A DNA stretch of 64,000 nucleotides from an uncultured Planctomycetia bacterium (GCA_964406665.1 CAYOSQ010000009.1:6106-70105), one strand, 5' to 3'. Positions 19,020-30,478 are shown, counted from the stretch's first letter. The notes: a model not told the origin generated them from the letters alone. Program-made: numbers and translations.

Positions 19020-19871
19020 ATGGAAAACAGCGATAAACAGAAAGAGCAGATAGAAAATGAAATTAATAAGGCATTGCAATCTGGTGTCGGTCCAAAAGCT
19101 GCTAGAATAGCTTTGGCATTTTTAAGCGGTTTAGTTCCTGGAGTAGGAGGAGTTTTTGGTGCTGGAGCAGGGGCGTGGTCAGAATCAGAGCAGGAGAGAA
19201 TCAATAAAATATTCGCCTCTTGGTTAAAGCTTCAAGAAGATGAGATAAAAGAGATTGGTATTACGTTAATGGAAGTTATGATGCGAATTGATAAAGATGA
19301 TGAAAGAATTCAAGAAAGAATACAAAGCCCAGAATATTTGAAATTAATAAAGAAATGCTTCAGGGATTGGAGTGCGGCAGAAAGTGAAGAAAAAAGAATT
19401 CTAATTAGAAATCTTCTATGTAATGCCGCAGGCGGAGAGAAAATATGTGGGGATGACATTATTCGGATGTTCATTGAATGGATAGGCCGTTATACAGAGA
19501 AGCATTTCTTGATTGTAAAGGAAATATATAAAAATGAAGGTATAACTAGGTTAGGAATATGGCAGAACTTATATGGTGAACCAGAAAGGGAAGATTCTCC
19601 AGAGGCTGATTTGTATAAAACGCTGATGCATGATTTAAGTGTCGGACATGTAATAAGGCAACATAGAGATAAAGACTACATGGGAAATTTCTTGAAGAAA
19701 GCAAAACAGAGAAGTTCGGGCTCTAGAATGAAATCAGCATTTGATGATGAGGAAGAGTATGAATTGACAGGGCTAGGTAAATGGTTTATTCATTATACTA
19801 TGAACGAGATGATTCCTCGCATAACTAATAATGAGCAGCCTTCGAATGAAAAAAAGGAGGAAAATAATTGA
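19020..19871 (+). CDS. Hypothetical protein
   Basis: 283-aa ORF with purine-rich upstream region; no confident family. Confidence 0.7.
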   Translation: MENSDKQKEQIENEINKALQSGVGPKAARIALAFLSGLVPGVGGVFGAGAGAWSESEQERINKIFASWLKLQEDEIKEIGITLMEVMMRIDKDDERIQERIQSPEYLKLIKKCFRDWSAAESEEKRILIRNLLCNAAGGEKICGDDIIRMFIEWIGRYTEKHFLIVKEIYKNEGITRLGIWQNLYGEPEREDSPEADLYKTLMHDLSVGHVIRQHRDKDYMGNFLKKAKQRSSGSRMKSAFDDEEEYELTGLGKWFIHYTMNEMIPRITNNEQPSNEKKEENN

Positions 19872-20569
19872 CTAGAAAAGTTATACTCAAATCACAAGCT
19901 AACCAAGTCCTTGAGATAATTAAAAAATTTGGTTTAATTCCTGCAGAGTTTAAATGGTTTGAAAAAACAACCAAGCTTAATAGTACAAAGGACGTTGTTT
20001 CTTCGCTTGTGCATTTACCAACGGGATACTATTTTTTGTTTGAATATGATAGAGATGGAAAACATTGGTCTGAGTATTCGCCTGGGGGATCTGTAGCTGT
20101 GGTAACATTAAAATACACTGCAAGCTGGGGAGTGCAATTAGGTAATGTTATAGATTGGGCTCAGTCGTTAAAACGTGAAGTTGAATCTCCAAATTTGTGG
20201 GATGCGATATCTCAGGAAAGGCGGATACTGGAGGTTGTCAATGAACCAATTTTTTATAATGAGCTCTTTAATGTTGAAGAGCAGAAAAAGATAAATGCAA
20301 ATTTAGAAGAAATAAAACAATACTTATTAACGACGACGGATTTATCTAAAGAGCAAGTTCAATTAGTAGATAAGCAGTTTGATTATTTTAAGAATTCTTT
20401 GCAAAGGATTGGGCGAAAAGATTGGTTAATGATGTTTACTGGATTTTTAGTTAGCAAAATTCTTACACTTGGGTTACAATCTGATACTGCTAAAGAATTA
20501 TTTAGATTTACTTCAAATGCTTTAAGTTGGCTGATTGCAAAAGCTGATACTTTACATTTAGGAGGGTAA
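19868..20569 (+). CDS. Hypothetical protein
   Basis: 233-aa ORF, TTG start overlapping upstream stop, AGGAGG RBS. Confidence 0.7.
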   Translation: MTRKVILKSQANQVLEIIKKFGLIPAEFKWFEKTTKLNSTKDVVSSLVHLPTGYYFLFEYDRDGKHWSEYSPGGSVAVVTLKYTASWGVQLGNVIDWAQSLKREVESPNLWDAISQERRILEVVNEPIFYNELFNVEEQKKINANLEEIKQYLLTTTDLSKEQVQLVDKQFDYFKNSLQRIGRKDWLMMFTGFLVSKILTLGLQSDTAKELFRFTSNALSWLIAKADTLHLGG

Positions 20570-20618
20570 AAGATAGAATTCCGGATAGAAAACTAAGAAG
20601 CAAAGCTAAGCAAAGCTT

Positions 20619-20756
20619 AGGACCGGTTCTCGTTAAGTATTTATCATATAAAGAGTTTTGAATAAATCCCTGAAGGGACGGCTTCGCTCGGTGTCACTTA
20701 AGGAACATTTTAGTAGCAAGTTAATGGTATGGTAGTAGTTAGATAGATCCGGTCCT
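20619..20756. repeat. About 140-bp element bounded by inverted repeats (MITE-like)
   Basis: AGGACCGGTTCT (20619-20630) and AGATCCGGTCCT (20745-20756), 11/12 complementary. Confidence 0.4.
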
Positions 20757-20817
20757 TTAAGTTTTTGCTTTAAGTTTTTATGTGCTTGAAGGTCAAAGAA
20801 AGAAGGAGAAATTTATT

Positions 20818-21399
20818 ATGAGAAAAATATTGTTTTTATTGTCAGTAATTATAATTTTGGTTTTGTCGCATGGCATTGCGCACGCTCAGAGATCTGCGAC
20901 CAATGACGATATGTGGCATCAAAACTTAATTGAAGATTATAAAAAAAGTTTGGTTAACGCCACTACGTGGGATAAGTGGCAAGGTTTTGCCTTTCTAGTA
21001 CAGCCTGAACTTTTTGAAGAAGCAACTCCTGAGGTATTGGCCTTGTTGGATGACCCGGATTTTGAGAATGTCATTTACATATATTTAAGAGAGCTAACCC
21101 AGTCGCAAGAAATACCGTTAGGAGAAAAGAAAGCGGTTATCCTTCGTGCACTAGATGCCTATGAACAAGATATCTTGTCACAAACACCCGAGGCGCTGAT
21201 AGATGAATGGCATACCATATATAAAGACAAAGGTGTCGACAGTCAAATGGGACGTATTACAACAATTTTCTATATTAGAAGTGATGCTGATGCGTTTAAG
21301 CCACTCGTGGAAGAATCGCAAACTATTCCTGAATTTAGCGAAGCTGCTAATGAAATCTTGAGCGGATGGGATGCGTTAACGGAGCATATGAAGCGTTGA
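20818..21399 (+). CDS. Secreted hypothetical protein
   Basis: Signal peptide MRKILFLLSVIIILVLSHGIAHA; AGGAG RBS. Confidence 0.7.
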   Translation: MRKILFLLSVIIILVLSHGIAHAQRSATNDDMWHQNLIEDYKKSLVNATTWDKWQGFAFLVQPELFEEATPEVLALLDDPDFENVIYIYLRELTQSQEIPLGEKKAVILRALDAYEQDILSQTPEALIDEWHTIYKDKGVDSQMGRITTIFYIRSDADAFKPLVEESQTIPEFSEAANEILSGWDALTEHMKR

Positions 21400-21416
21400 G
21401 CCCTAATTGAATTACA

Positions 21417-21570
21417 GAATTCCGGGGACACACCCACGAGTGCTGCTCACTAAAGTTCGCAAGCTCGGGTACGTACTCTGTAGGAAACACCAGCTCACGA
21501 TGTTCGCTGGTGCGACGAGGCCTTTGGCCTCGAACGAAGCTAGGAAATCAATCGTCGGGTATGTACTCTG
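21417..21570 (+). repeat. Composite palindromic intergenic repeat
   Basis: Closely similar to 31463-31593; starts with right half of the 30120-30157 palindrome. Confidence 0.85.
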
Positions 21571-21580
21571 TGATTGATAA

Positions 21581-21620
21581 AGGGGGCGCGGTCCGATTAG
21601 GGCCGCGCCCCCTGATTGTT
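21581..21620. terminator. GC-rich hairpin, possible terminator
   Basis: AGGGGGCGCGGTC/GGCCGCGCCCCCT stem. Confidence 0.5.
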
Positions 21621-21786
21621 TTCCTACGGTTTCGGCGAACAAGCCGTAATTATAAACTGACACGGAAGCTGAAGTTAGCAAGGGAATAATATTAATAAAG
21701 ACTAAATTTATAATATGTTTGCTTTAAAAAAATCAAATGATAGAATATTCTTTAGAGGGATGTTTTGAAATAGGGGAGATAGAAAT

Positions 21787-22158
21787 ATGTCAAAGAAAAA
21801 AATACTGGTTGTTGATGATGACGTTGCTATCGTAAAGATAATGAGTTTTCAGCTGAAGAAAAAAGGATACGATGTTATTACTGCCTCAAACGGTAGAAGC
21901 TGTATAAGAAAAGCAGCTAAAGAAAAACCAGACCTAATTCTTTTAGATATTCTTATGCCGAAGCTAAACGGTTTTGAAATCTGTAGCTTACTGAAGAAAG
22001 ATAAGAAAACAAAGGAAATTCCGGTTATTATGCTTACAGCCCTGGCAGAGGAAAAAGACTTATCAAGCGGTTTGATGGAAGGCGCAGTCTGTTTTATAAG
22101 CAAGCCGTTTAGCTACAATGATTTATTGCAGGAGGTTAAGATAACATTAGGCAAATGA
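21787..22158 (+). CDS. Single-domain response regulator
   Basis: ILVVDDD, LILLDILMP, MLTA, ISKPF. Confidence 0.93.
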   Translation: MSKKKILVVDDDVAIVKIMSFQLKKKGYDVITASNGRSCIRKAAKEKPDLILLDILMPKLNGFEICSLLKKDKKTKEIPVIMLTALAEEKDLSSGLMEGAVCFISKPFSYNDLLQEVKITLGK

Positions 22159-22248
22159 TAACGAGGGTTTTAATAATATTTTTTCCTTGTAATTCCGGTT
22201 AATGTTTTGTTATAGCGGAAACAATAAAAGTTATAAAGGAGGAGTGAA

Positions 22249-24138
22249 ATGAAAAGATGCGTTTTTGCCGTGGGAATTACTATTTTGCTGATTTTAGGGT
22301 TTGGTTTCGAGCTCGGGGCCGATGAACCTGTTGAAGCCGGCGATGAAGATATTTTTTTTATGGAGATACCCATGGTAGTGGCTTCTTCTAAACGAGAACA
22401 GCTTATTACTGAGACTGCCTCCAGCGTAATGGTGGTTACGGCCGAAGACATCAAGCAGTCAGGGGCTATCAATCTTGGTGATGTTTTGCGTTCAGTTGCG
22501 GGGGTTGATATAAGAGAAGCTCATGCAAGTCAACACGTTATAGGTATCAGAGGTTTTGCCGATACCGCTCACGTGTTGGTTACGATAGACGGAAATAATG
22601 TTTTTATGTATCATGCCAACCATATTTTTCTCGACTGGGCCCCGATAGATTTAGAAGAGGTTGATCGTATTGAAATTATCAAAGGTCCGGGAGCGATATT
22701 CTACGGCGGCAGTGCTTTTAGCGGCGTAATTAATATTATAACTAAAACTCCCCGGCAGCTTGAAGGGACTCAGGTAAATGTAGCCGGTGGTCATAAAAGT
22801 ACGATTCGCAGCAATGTTATTCATGCCGGAGTGCAGGGTAACTGGGAGTATAGTGTCTCAGGAGGTCATCGCGAGGCTGAAGAATGGGAAAAGCCGAAAA
22901 TGGCACAAACGAAAGAATATTTCTCTGTTGATTTTTTCTCCGGAAGGGCGGTTTATAACATTGATGATGAATCTTCCATTTCATTAACGGCACGACATTC
23001 TGAGGCGAAGAACGTAATTTCTCGTGTATGTAATCCCGATACAACTTTGATTTCGCTACGCTATGATAGGCCTGATTTTTGGGCCAGATTTTTTTACAAT
23101 AATCACCAAAAGACTTTCTGGAATGATTTTCATGGCGTGGATGATTCTAATTATGAGCTTGAACTTTTTCGTACCTTAAAATGGGGAAAAAATATTACGT
23201 CTTTCGGTGGATACTTAAAACATACTGCTTGGGAAGTGGCAGCGCTTGCGGATAGGCCGGCCTATAGCGTAGTCAAAGGTACTCGGGAAGTTCATGACGT
23301 GGAAGATTACGCTTTAAACATTGAAAATGAGTACCGCTTTAACGACCAGCTTATCTTTTCTTTGGGTGGTCGGTGTGAGTATTATTCTCACCTGGATTTT
23401 CTCGGCTTAGGAAGAGGCAGTGTTATTTATAAGCCTGTTGATGATCAGAGTATCCGCTTTACTATCGCTAACGGCTATTACATACCTTCTTTGTTTCAGC
23501 ACACCAACCAAGGAACTGCTTATCCTTTTGCCCTCGGTGATTCTTCTGTAGAGGAAGAAAAGATTATTTCTTATGAGCTGGCATATTATAATCAACTGAC
23601 CAAGAAACTGAAGTTGAACGCCGCAATATTTTACAATGACTATCAGGACTTGATTGATAATACACAGTCCGGCCCGATGAAAAACGTTGCTGATGGCTAT
23701 CAATATGGAGGAGAACTAGGCTTAGATTTTATTGTGACAGATTGGCTGACTGGATTTGCTAATTACGCCTATCAGAATATTCACAGGCAGGATTTTGATA
23801 ATATGCATGTTGACCCGGAACATAAGGTTAATTGCGGTTTAAGGAGCAAATTTGGCAAGTGGTCAACAAACTTTATTTTTCATTACGTAGATTCATACCA
23901 TGAGATTTACCTGACGTCTAATCCTGTATTCGGTTTAGTTTCACCGGGACCCTCAAAGGTGAAGGCATATACTACTGTTGAAGCCCGCATAGCTTACGCC
24001 CCTACGGATAATCTTGAGCTGGCAATAGCCGCCTATAATTTGTTTAACGACAGTCATTATGAATCCAATACAGACGATTATCATACGGCAGATGAAATTG
24101 GGCGTAGGATAACAGGGAGTATATCATATAAGTTTTAA
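22249..24138 (+). CDS. TonB-dependent receptor
   Basis: Signal peptide, plug motifs (VLVTIDG, RIEIIKGPGAIFYG..GVINIITK), NLFN..Y, terminal ISYKF. Confidence 0.92.
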   Translation: MKRCVFAVGITILLILGFGFELGADEPVEAGDEDIFFMEIPMVVASSKREQLITETASSVMVVTAEDIKQSGAINLGDVLRSVAGVDIREAHASQHVIGIRGFADTAHVLVTIDGNNVFMYHANHIFLDWAPIDLEEVDRIEIIKGPGAIFYGGSAFSGVINIITKTPRQLEGTQVNVAGGHKSTIRSNVIHAGVQGNWEYSVSGGHREAEEWEKPKMAQTKEYFSVDFFSGRAVYNIDDESSISLTARHSEAKNVISRVCNPDTTLISLRYDRPDFWARFFYNNHQKTFWNDFHGVDDSNYELELFRTLKWGKNITSFGGYLKHTAWEVAALADRPAYSVVKGTREVHDVEDYALNIENEYRFNDQLIFSLGGRCEYYSHLDFLGLGRGSVIYKPVDDQSIRFTIANGYYIPSLFQHTNQGTAYPFALGDSSVEEEKIISYELAYYNQLTKKLKLNAAIFYNDYQDLIDNTQSGPMKNVADGYQYGGELGLDFIVTDWLTGFANYAYQNIHRQDFDNMHVDPEHKVNCGLRSKFGKWSTNFIFHYVDSYHEIYLTSNPVFGLVSPGPSKVKAYTTVEARIAYAPTDNLELAIAAYNLFNDSHYESNTDDYHTADEIGRRITGSISYKF

Positions 24139-24231
24139 ATAAGTTAATTAAAGCTATGGTTGGTTCTGCTATATTGTTATATAAAAGATAGTCGCGTAGA
24201 TGTATTAAATTCAGGTGTTTAAAGGAAAAAT

Positions 24232-25143
24232 ATGATGAAAAAGGTTTTAATTTGTTTTATTTCAGCTTTTTTTATTTCTTCTTCTGTTTATCCGGGAGAA
24301 AGTAAGAATATTGTCGTTGTAAAAAGCCGGAAGTCTGCTCCTTACAACCTTGCTTTGAGTGGATTTAAGAAATATTTGAAGAAAGAACAAGTTGACGTCC
24401 ATATTATAGAATACAAGCTTAAAGGAAAGGAAGATGTATCAGAGATAAACAAGATAGTTAAGAAAAATAATCCAGCACTTTTTTTCAGCATAGGAACCCC
24501 TGCAACCAGGATTATTCAGGGGAAAGAGTTCAACAACATTCCTGTAGTGTTTGCTATGATACTGGATCCAGAAAAAAACAAGATTAATCCTCCGGGCGTG
24601 TCGATGCATATTCCTTTGAAGATGAAGCTTAAGGAAATTAAGAGGTTTTTCCCCGATGTGAAAAAAATCGGATTGATTTGTTCTTCGTCTGCTGATTTTA
24701 AGGAAGCATCGCGATTGGCGGTAGAATTTGGTCTTGAAGCTATCGGAAAGAAGATAAATTCGAAAAAGGAATTTCCTCAAGCGCTTAAAAACTTATCAGG
24801 TAGAATAGATTGTTTTTTAATGTTTCCTGATTCAAACGTTTATTTTCCCGAATCTGTTGAGTATCTGTTGGTTGAGAGTTTAAGAAAAGGATTTCCGGTT
24901 GTGGGCCTTTCTTCAATTTACACTAAGGCCGGGGCTTTGATTTCTTTAGAGTGCGATTATGAAGATTTAGGTGCGCAGGCAGGAGAGATCGCTTTGGAGA
25001 TACTCTCAGGAAATGTACCAAAAGCAGAATTTGTGAATCCGCGAAAAACAAATTATTCTTTAAATCTTATAGTTGCGAAAAGGCTAGGAGTTGATTTTTC
25101 TTCTACGGCTATAGCGGAGGCGAAGCGTATTTTTAGAAATTAA
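24232..25143 (+). CDS. Periplasmic substrate-binding protein (ABC_sub_bind-like)
   Basis: Signal peptide, [33 protein letters not shown]. Confidence 0.75.
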   Translation: MMKKVLICFISAFFISSSVYPGESKNIVVVKSRKSAPYNLALSGFKKYLKKEQVDVHIIEYKLKGKEDVSEINKIVKKNNPALFFSIGTPATRIIQGKEFNNIPVVFAMILDPEKNKINPPGVSMHIPLKMKLKEIKRFFPDVKKIGLICSSSADFKEASRLAVEFGLEAIGKKINSKKEFPQALKNLSGRIDCFLMFPDSNVYFPESVEYLLVESLRKGFPVVGLSSIYTKAGALISLECDYEDLGAQAGEIALEILSGNVPKAEFVNPRKTNYSLNLIVAKRLGVDFSSTAIAEAKRIFRN

Positions 25144-28100
25144 TGAAAATTAACATATCGAAAAAAATTATACTGCTATTTGTTTTTTTTGTTTCTGTTT
25201 TAGGGGCGTCTTTCGGCGCCTATTTTCTTAATCAGCAAAAAGAGAATATGCTCTTGGATTTTGATAAGAGGGCGCAGGTTTTGCTTAGTAGCTTAACTAT
25301 CAGTAGCGAGTACCCGGTTCTAATTGAGGATATCGAGGTTTTAGATAAACTAGGCAGCCAAGCCTTAGATCTGGAAGACGTTATTTACTGCGAAATAACG
25401 GATAATGAAAATAATTTTCTCTTTCGGGGAGGATTAAAAGAAGAGCAATATATTAGGGAGCATGAAAGCAGCATCTTAACTGAGAAGATCTTAGGGGATG
25501 ATGGCGAGGATTTTATTTTAGGCATGGGGGAAACTCAAGTTGAAGAAATCGGTAAGGTAAAGTTAATCTTTACGCTTGGTAATTTGATGGCAAGATTAAA
25601 CACAGTAAAGAAAGCTTTAATTATATTGGTTATAGCTAGTATTTTGTTTGCTGTTGTGTTTATTAGTTTATTGGTTTATTTTGTTTTGAGTCGGCCTGTA
25701 GGCAAATTGTTAAAAGGAATAAAAAGAGTTGCGGAAGGCGATTTTGGCTTTAAGGTTATCGTTAAAACTGAAGATGAAGTTGGCCAGCTTGCTAGTTCTT
25801 TCAATAAAATGGCCGAAGAGATAGAGCGTCGGGTTTTGGAATCAGAGGCTATTAATGAAGACCTAATTCGAGAGGTTTCTGAGCGCAGAAAGTCAGAAGA
25901 ACATTTAGAAAAAGCGCAGGAAGCGTTAAAAACAAGTGAAGAAAAGTTTATGAATACTTTTTATAATTCAGTTGATGCGAGTTTGTTGATTAACGAAAAT
26001 AGATTTGTAGATTGTAATGATGCAGCAGTAGAAATGCTTCGATATTCAGAAAAGAAAAGACTGCTTTCTGTCCATCCATCGCAGTTGTCTCCGGAAAGGC
26101 AGCCGGACGGACAGCTATCTTCAAAAAAAGCAGATGAAATGATTCGAGTCGGCTTTAAAAAGGGTTTTCATCGGTTTGAGTGGGTTCATCGTAGGGCCAA
26201 TGGCGAGGATTTTATTGCAGAAGTAACCCTGACGTCAATACCTCTTCATGGAAAGAATATGCTTCATACTTCATGGAAAGATCTTACTGTTTATAAAGAA
26301 GCAGAGGAACGTTTAATACAAGCGTACAAAACAACAAAGATTATTCTTGAGAAGTTGCCTTTTGGTGTTATTGTCGTAGGAAAAGATAAGAGGATACGTC
26401 AGATAAATGAAGCTGCAAAGAAGATGATTGGGATAGGCGCAGGTGAAAGTAGAGACGTTATTGGTAAGATGTGCCACAATTTTATTTGTCCCGCTAAAGA
26501 GGACAACTGCCCTGTATTAGATTTAGGCGGGAGGATAGATACGTCAGAGCAGACACTGCTTACTGTTAAGGGGGAACGAGTTCCCGTATTAAAAACTGTA
26601 CTGCCGATTGTTCTTGAGGAAGAAGATGTTTTGCTGGAGGCTTTTGTTGATATAAAGGATTTAAAAGTAGCGCAGGACGCACTTAGGCACGCCAAGGAAC
26701 AGGCAGAGGTTGCCAATAAAGCGAAAAGCGAATTTTTAGCCAGGATGTCTCATGAAATCCGTACCCCGCTAAACGCTGTTATAGGTTTCTCTGAACTCTT
26801 GGGGGATACCTCGCTTGATTTTGTGCAGAAGGATTATGTCACTACTGTGCGCGACAGCGGAGAAATGTTGCTTGCTTTGATAAATGACATACTTGATATT
26901 TCGAAGATTGAAGCTGGGGAAATGCAGCTTGAGAGTGTGGATTTTGACCTAGAATATTTAATAAGGAATGTAATCAAGATAAACTCTCCGAGGATCAAGG
27001 GTAAAAACGTAGAAATCTTCTGCGATTATGATGATGATTTACCTCGAAGTTTTGACAGTGATCCTACTAGAATAAGACAGGTGGTTTCTAATCTTTTGAG
27101 CAACGCCATCAAATTTACCGAAGCGGGGGAAATAGACATAACGGTAGCTTTGCAAGAGCCGCAATCTTCAGATTCACAGAATAATATTCGCTTAATGAGA
27201 ATTTCAGTAAAGGACACAGGAATCGGTATCCCTGAAGAAAAACAGCAAAGTGTTTTTGACGCGTTTGAACAAGCTGATATGTCCACAACAAGGAGGTTCG
27301 GGGGGACTGGATTAGGGCTTGCAATTTCAAAGGCTATCGTAGAAATGATGAAAGGAAAAATCTGGGTTGAGTCAGAGTCGGGCAAAGGAAGCGAATTTAT
27401 CTTCACCCTTAAACTTAAAGAAGTTCCCTCTGCTATAGAGCAAGAAATATTTCCTGTTAAATTAGAACAGCTTAAAGACAAAAAAGTAGTAATCGTTGAT
27501 GATAACGAGCATGCGCGCAACCTAATGGAGCGTTATTGTAAGCAGATACAGATGAATGTGCTATACGTGGCGGCTTCCGCTAAGGAGATTTTGGATTGGC
27601 TATCTCAACAGTCTGAAATACCCGAGCTTGTTTTAAGCGATATTATGATGCCTGAGATGAGCGGACACGAGCTAGCTAAAAGCATCAGGAAAAGAAAACG
27701 GTTAAAAGGTATAAAAGTAATTGCCATAACTTCTGACACAAGGCCCGGAGCGGCAAAGGAAACCAAGGATTCCGGATTCGATGCTTATCTGCCAAAGCCA
27801 ATTAAAAAGTCTGATTTTATCAGGACCATACAAACAACCTTAGGGGATAAACGTCAAAAAGGTCAGATTATTACCCGCCATATGTCGGAAGAATTATCCT
27901 GCAAGGGATTAAGGGTTCTTATAGTAGAGGATAATATAGTAAATCAGAAACTTCTGCGAGTGTTGCTTAAAAATATTGGTTGCGAGACAGACATAGCCTC
28001 TAATGGTCAGGTAGCTGTAGATAAGGTGAAAATACGCAAATATGATTTAGTGCTAATGGATTTACAGATGCCTGTTATGGGGGGTATAGAAGCTACAGAA

Positions 28101-28298
28101 TATATTCGTAATAAATTAAAAAAGGAAGTTCCAATTGTAGCCCTGACAGCTGCCGCGATGAAAGAGGACCAGACAAAGAGTATGGCGGCCGGAATGAACG
28201 ACTACATTACAAAGCCGGTTGTACCGAAGAAATTGAAGGAAAAGATTATCCAATGGGGAACATTAGGCAATATGGAAAAAGGAAAAAATAATGATTAG
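25143..28298 (+). CDS. Hybrid sensor histidine kinase (TM-HAMP-PAS-PAS-HisKA-HATPase-REC-REC)
   Basis: [46 protein letters not shown]; two receiver domains with Asp. Confidence 0.95.
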   Translation: MKINISKKIILLFVFFVSVLGASFGAYFLNQQKENMLLDFDKRAQVLLSSLTISSEYPVLIEDIEVLDKLGSQALDLEDVIYCEITDNENNFLFRGGLKEEQYIREHESSILTEKILGDDGEDFILGMGETQVEEIGKVKLIFTLGNLMARLNTVKKALIILVIASILFAVVFISLLVYFVLSRPVGKLLKGIKRVAEGDFGFKVIVKTEDEVGQLASSFNKMAEEIERRVLESEAINEDLIREVSERRKSEEHLEKAQEALKTSEEKFMNTFYNSVDASLLINENRFVDCNDAAVEMLRYSEKKRLLSVHPSQLSPERQPDGQLSSKKADEMIRVGFKKGFHRFEWVHRRANGEDFIAEVTLTSIPLHGKNMLHTSWKDLTVYKEAEERLIQAYKTTKIILEKLPFGVIVVGKDKRIRQINEAAKKMIGIGAGESRDVIGKMCHNFICPAKEDNCPVLDLGGRIDTSEQTLLTVKGERVPVLKTVLPIVLEEEDVLLEAFVDIKDLKVAQDALRHAKEQAEVANKAKSEFLARMSHEIRTPLNAVIGFSELLGDTSLDFVQKDYVTTVRDSGEMLLALINDILDISKIEAGEMQLESVDFDLEYLIRNVIKINSPRIKGKNVEIFCDYDDDLPRSFDSDPTRIRQVVSNLLSNAIKFTEAGEIDITVALQEPQSSDSQNNIRLMRISVKDTGIGIPEEKQQSVFDAFEQADMSTTRRFGGTGLGLAISKAIVEMMKGKIWVESESGKGSEFIFTLKLKEVPSAIEQEIFPVKLEQLKDKKVVIVDDNEHARNLMERYCKQIQMNVLYVAASAKEILDWLSQQSEIPELVLSDIMMPEMSGHELAKSIRKRKRLKGIKVIAITSDTRPGAAKETKDSGFDAYLPKPIKKSDFIRTIQTTLGDKRQKGQIITRHMSEELSCKGLRVLIVEDNIVNQKLLRVLLKNIGCETDIASNGQVAVDKVKIRKYDLVLMDLQMPVMGGIEATEYIRNKLKKEVPIVALTAAAMKEDQTKSMAAGMNDYITKPVVPKKLKEKIIQWGTLGNMEKGKNND

Positions 28299-28617
28299 AA
28301 TAGATAAAAAGAAAGCTTTGAGCGAGCTCGGCATCCCTGAGGAGATGTATGATGAGCTTCTGGGTGATTTTATTACACAGACAGAAGTATCAGTTAAGCA
28401 ACTTGAGGAGCTTGTACCCACAGATAATTTTGAAGAAATAAGGAAGGCGGCTCATTTTATCAAAGGCTCGGCGGGGAATCTGAGGATAGAAGAAATTCAC
28501 ATTTTGGCTAAAGAGATAGAATTCGCCAGTAAAGAGAACAGGGATAAAAAAGCTATAGAGGTTGATGTCGCTAGACTGAGAATATTGTTTGAAGAGTTGA
28601 AGAAAATCGTACTGTGA
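28291..28617 (+). CDS. Hpt domain protein
   Basis: [12 protein letters not shown]. Confidence 0.92.
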   Translation: MIRIDKKKALSELGIPEEMYDELLGDFITQTEVSVKQLEELVPTDNFEEIRKAAHFIKGSAGNLRIEEIHILAKEIEFASKENRDKKAIEVDVARLRILFEELKKIVL

Positions 28618-28778
28618 TTTTCTTCAACATAAGGATAAATCCTGATATTATACTGATAGAAAAAACTCTGATACCTGCAGTGTTATCGGCAAAGTTATCA
28701 GCGAAAGATGAGTAAACCTGTTGATATCAAGAGATTGCTAAAAGCGATCAATAACTTTATTTAAGTATTGGAGAGAAT

Positions 28779-29555
28779 ATGGATGATAAAAAAACAATTT
28801 TAGTAGTTGATGACGCTTCGGATGTTCGAAAGTTGCTTAAGTTTCATTTAGAGAATAAAGGTTACCAGGTGATTGAGGCGCAGGATGGAGAGGAAGGCTT
28901 GCAGATGATCCATGAATCGCGACCGGACTTAGTCATTTTAGACATTAATATGCCGAAAATGAGCGGTATTGAGGTATATAAGAAGTTATCCGTAGGAACG
29001 GATAGGCCTATTTTTCCGGTTTTAGTCTTAACGGTGCGTGAAGAATTAGGATGCTTATTTAAGGATTTAGATGTTGATGGATTTGTGACAAAGCCATTTG
29101 AGATTGAAGTCATCCTCAATAACATTGATGCTATAATGGAAAAAAGATATGGGGTCGTCGCAGAAGAAAAGCCCAAGAAAACAAGTGGCCCTAAAAAAAT
29201 CTTGATAATTGAAAATGATTCGGATGCCTTCGACAAGATAGTTATTGCGTTTTTAAACGCCGGTTTTTTGGTGAATTCAGCAAGGAGCGGTATGGATGCC
29301 ATCGAGAAAATAATGGTAGATTTACCTGATTTGATAGTGGTTAAATTAGGCCTTTCTGATTTATCGGGAGATTTGCTTGTTGCGAAATTAAAACAGATGC
29401 CGAAAACAATGGATATTCCTGTTGTTTTATATACGCCCTACAGCAGTAGTTTAGACCATGTTGTGGTTGATAAGATATGTGAAAAAATAAATATAAAACT
29501 GGTTAAATCTGATAGCCCTGATGTCCTTTTGAAAAAGGCAGAAGAGGTATTATAA
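28779..29555 (+). CDS. Tandem receiver protein (REC + pseudo-REC)
   Basis: First REC has LVILDINMP; second has LIVVKLGL with Lys at the Asp site. Confidence 0.85.
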   Translation: MDDKKTILVVDDASDVRKLLKFHLENKGYQVIEAQDGEEGLQMIHESRPDLVILDINMPKMSGIEVYKKLSVGTDRPIFPVLVLTVREELGCLFKDLDVDGFVTKPFEIEVILNNIDAIMEKRYGVVAEEKPKKTSGPKKILIIENDSDAFDKIVIAFLNAGFLVNSARSGMDAIEKIMVDLPDLIVVKLGLSDLSGDLLVAKLKQMPKTMDIPVVLYTPYSSSLDHVVVDKICEKINIKLVKSDSPDVLLKKAEEVL

Positions 29556-29583
29556 CAACAATAAACTTAAGGAGAATATTCTT

Positions 29584-29958
29584 ATGGAAGGCAGAAACAT
29601 TTTAGCGGTTGATGATGACGAGGTTATTTTAAAATTAATAGAAAACGACTTGCAGAAAGCCGGATTTACAGTAATTAAAGCTAAAGGCGGCAAAGAGGCA
29701 ATTGAGCTAATGGGAAGAAAGCGGCCTGATTTGATACTGCTTGATATTGATATACCGGAAATGTCTGGCCCAGAAATTGAGCAGATATTAAGAGATGATC
29801 CAGATACAAAAAAAATACCGATTATATATCTTACCGAAATAATGACAAAAGAAGAAGAAAAAAAAGAATTCGGACATGCCTCTGGCGGGAATCTGTTTAT
29901 TGCAAAGCCATATGATCCTAAGAAATTATTAGAGCTGGTTAAGAAATATACAGAGTAA
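29584..29958 (+). CDS. Single-domain response regulator
   Basis: ILAVDDD, LILLDIDIP, YLT, IAKPY. Confidence 0.9.
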   Translation: MEGRNILAVDDDEVILKLIENDLQKAGFTVIKAKGGKEAIELMGRKRPDLILLDIDIPEMSGPEIEQILRDDPDTKKIPIIYLTEIMTKEEEKKEFGHASGGNLFIAKPYDPKKLLELVKKYTE

Positions 29959-30119
29959 TTAGTTATTTTATGCCTAAATAGTTGCCTTATTAGTAAGTGT
30001 TAACAACAAATAAATTATAGACGTTGTAGGCAATTCGGAAGATAAATGTAGGTTCCTGGAAATTTCAAAACGTAGTAGTAGTTTTCAAAAAGTATTATGC
30101 TATAACGAAATTTGTACAA

Positions 30120-30463
30120 TAGGTACGTGTCCCCGGAATTCCGGGGACACGTACCTAATTTCAACTACGTAGTTGAAATTAAAAAGTACGTACACCCTTC
30201 GAGTGCTGCTCACTAAAGTTCGCAAGCTCGGGTACGTACTTTGAGGAATACACCCTACACTTCACTTAAGATATAGACTAGTGAGTGTTGTGGCCAGGAT
30301 GTAAATAATGGGCCACTAACGGGTGCGATTAAGGAAGGCACCTGCACAACAGGTGCGATTAATTCCAGCTGACTTATGTTCCTTGGCGTCCATAAGTCAG
30401 GGAATTAATCGAAGGTACACCCTCGTTTCACATCGGGTGCGTCGAGGCCGAAGGCCTCGAGCG
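30120..30463 (+). repeat. Cluster of tandem and nested palindromic repeat modules
   Basis: Perfect palindromes 30120-30157 and 30156-30181, then modules shared with 21.4, 31.5, 33.0 and 34.2 kb. Confidence 0.88.
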
Positions 30464-30478
30464 GAAAGGAGAAAGAAC

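Noticed and set aside
21412-21681. 89-aa minus-strand ORF
   Set aside because: Lies on palindromic repeat DNA and shows no protein motif
28683-28710. Minus-strand sigma28 promoter (GCCGATAA)
   Set aside because: No TAAA -35 at proper spacing and no minus-strand gene to drive
30323-30478. N-terminal extensions of ORF-track calls (also 31549-31614, 37467-37559, 6481-6576, 2047-2070, 5337-5381)
   Set aside because: They run through repeats or leaders; downstream ATGs have a better RBS or match the family start
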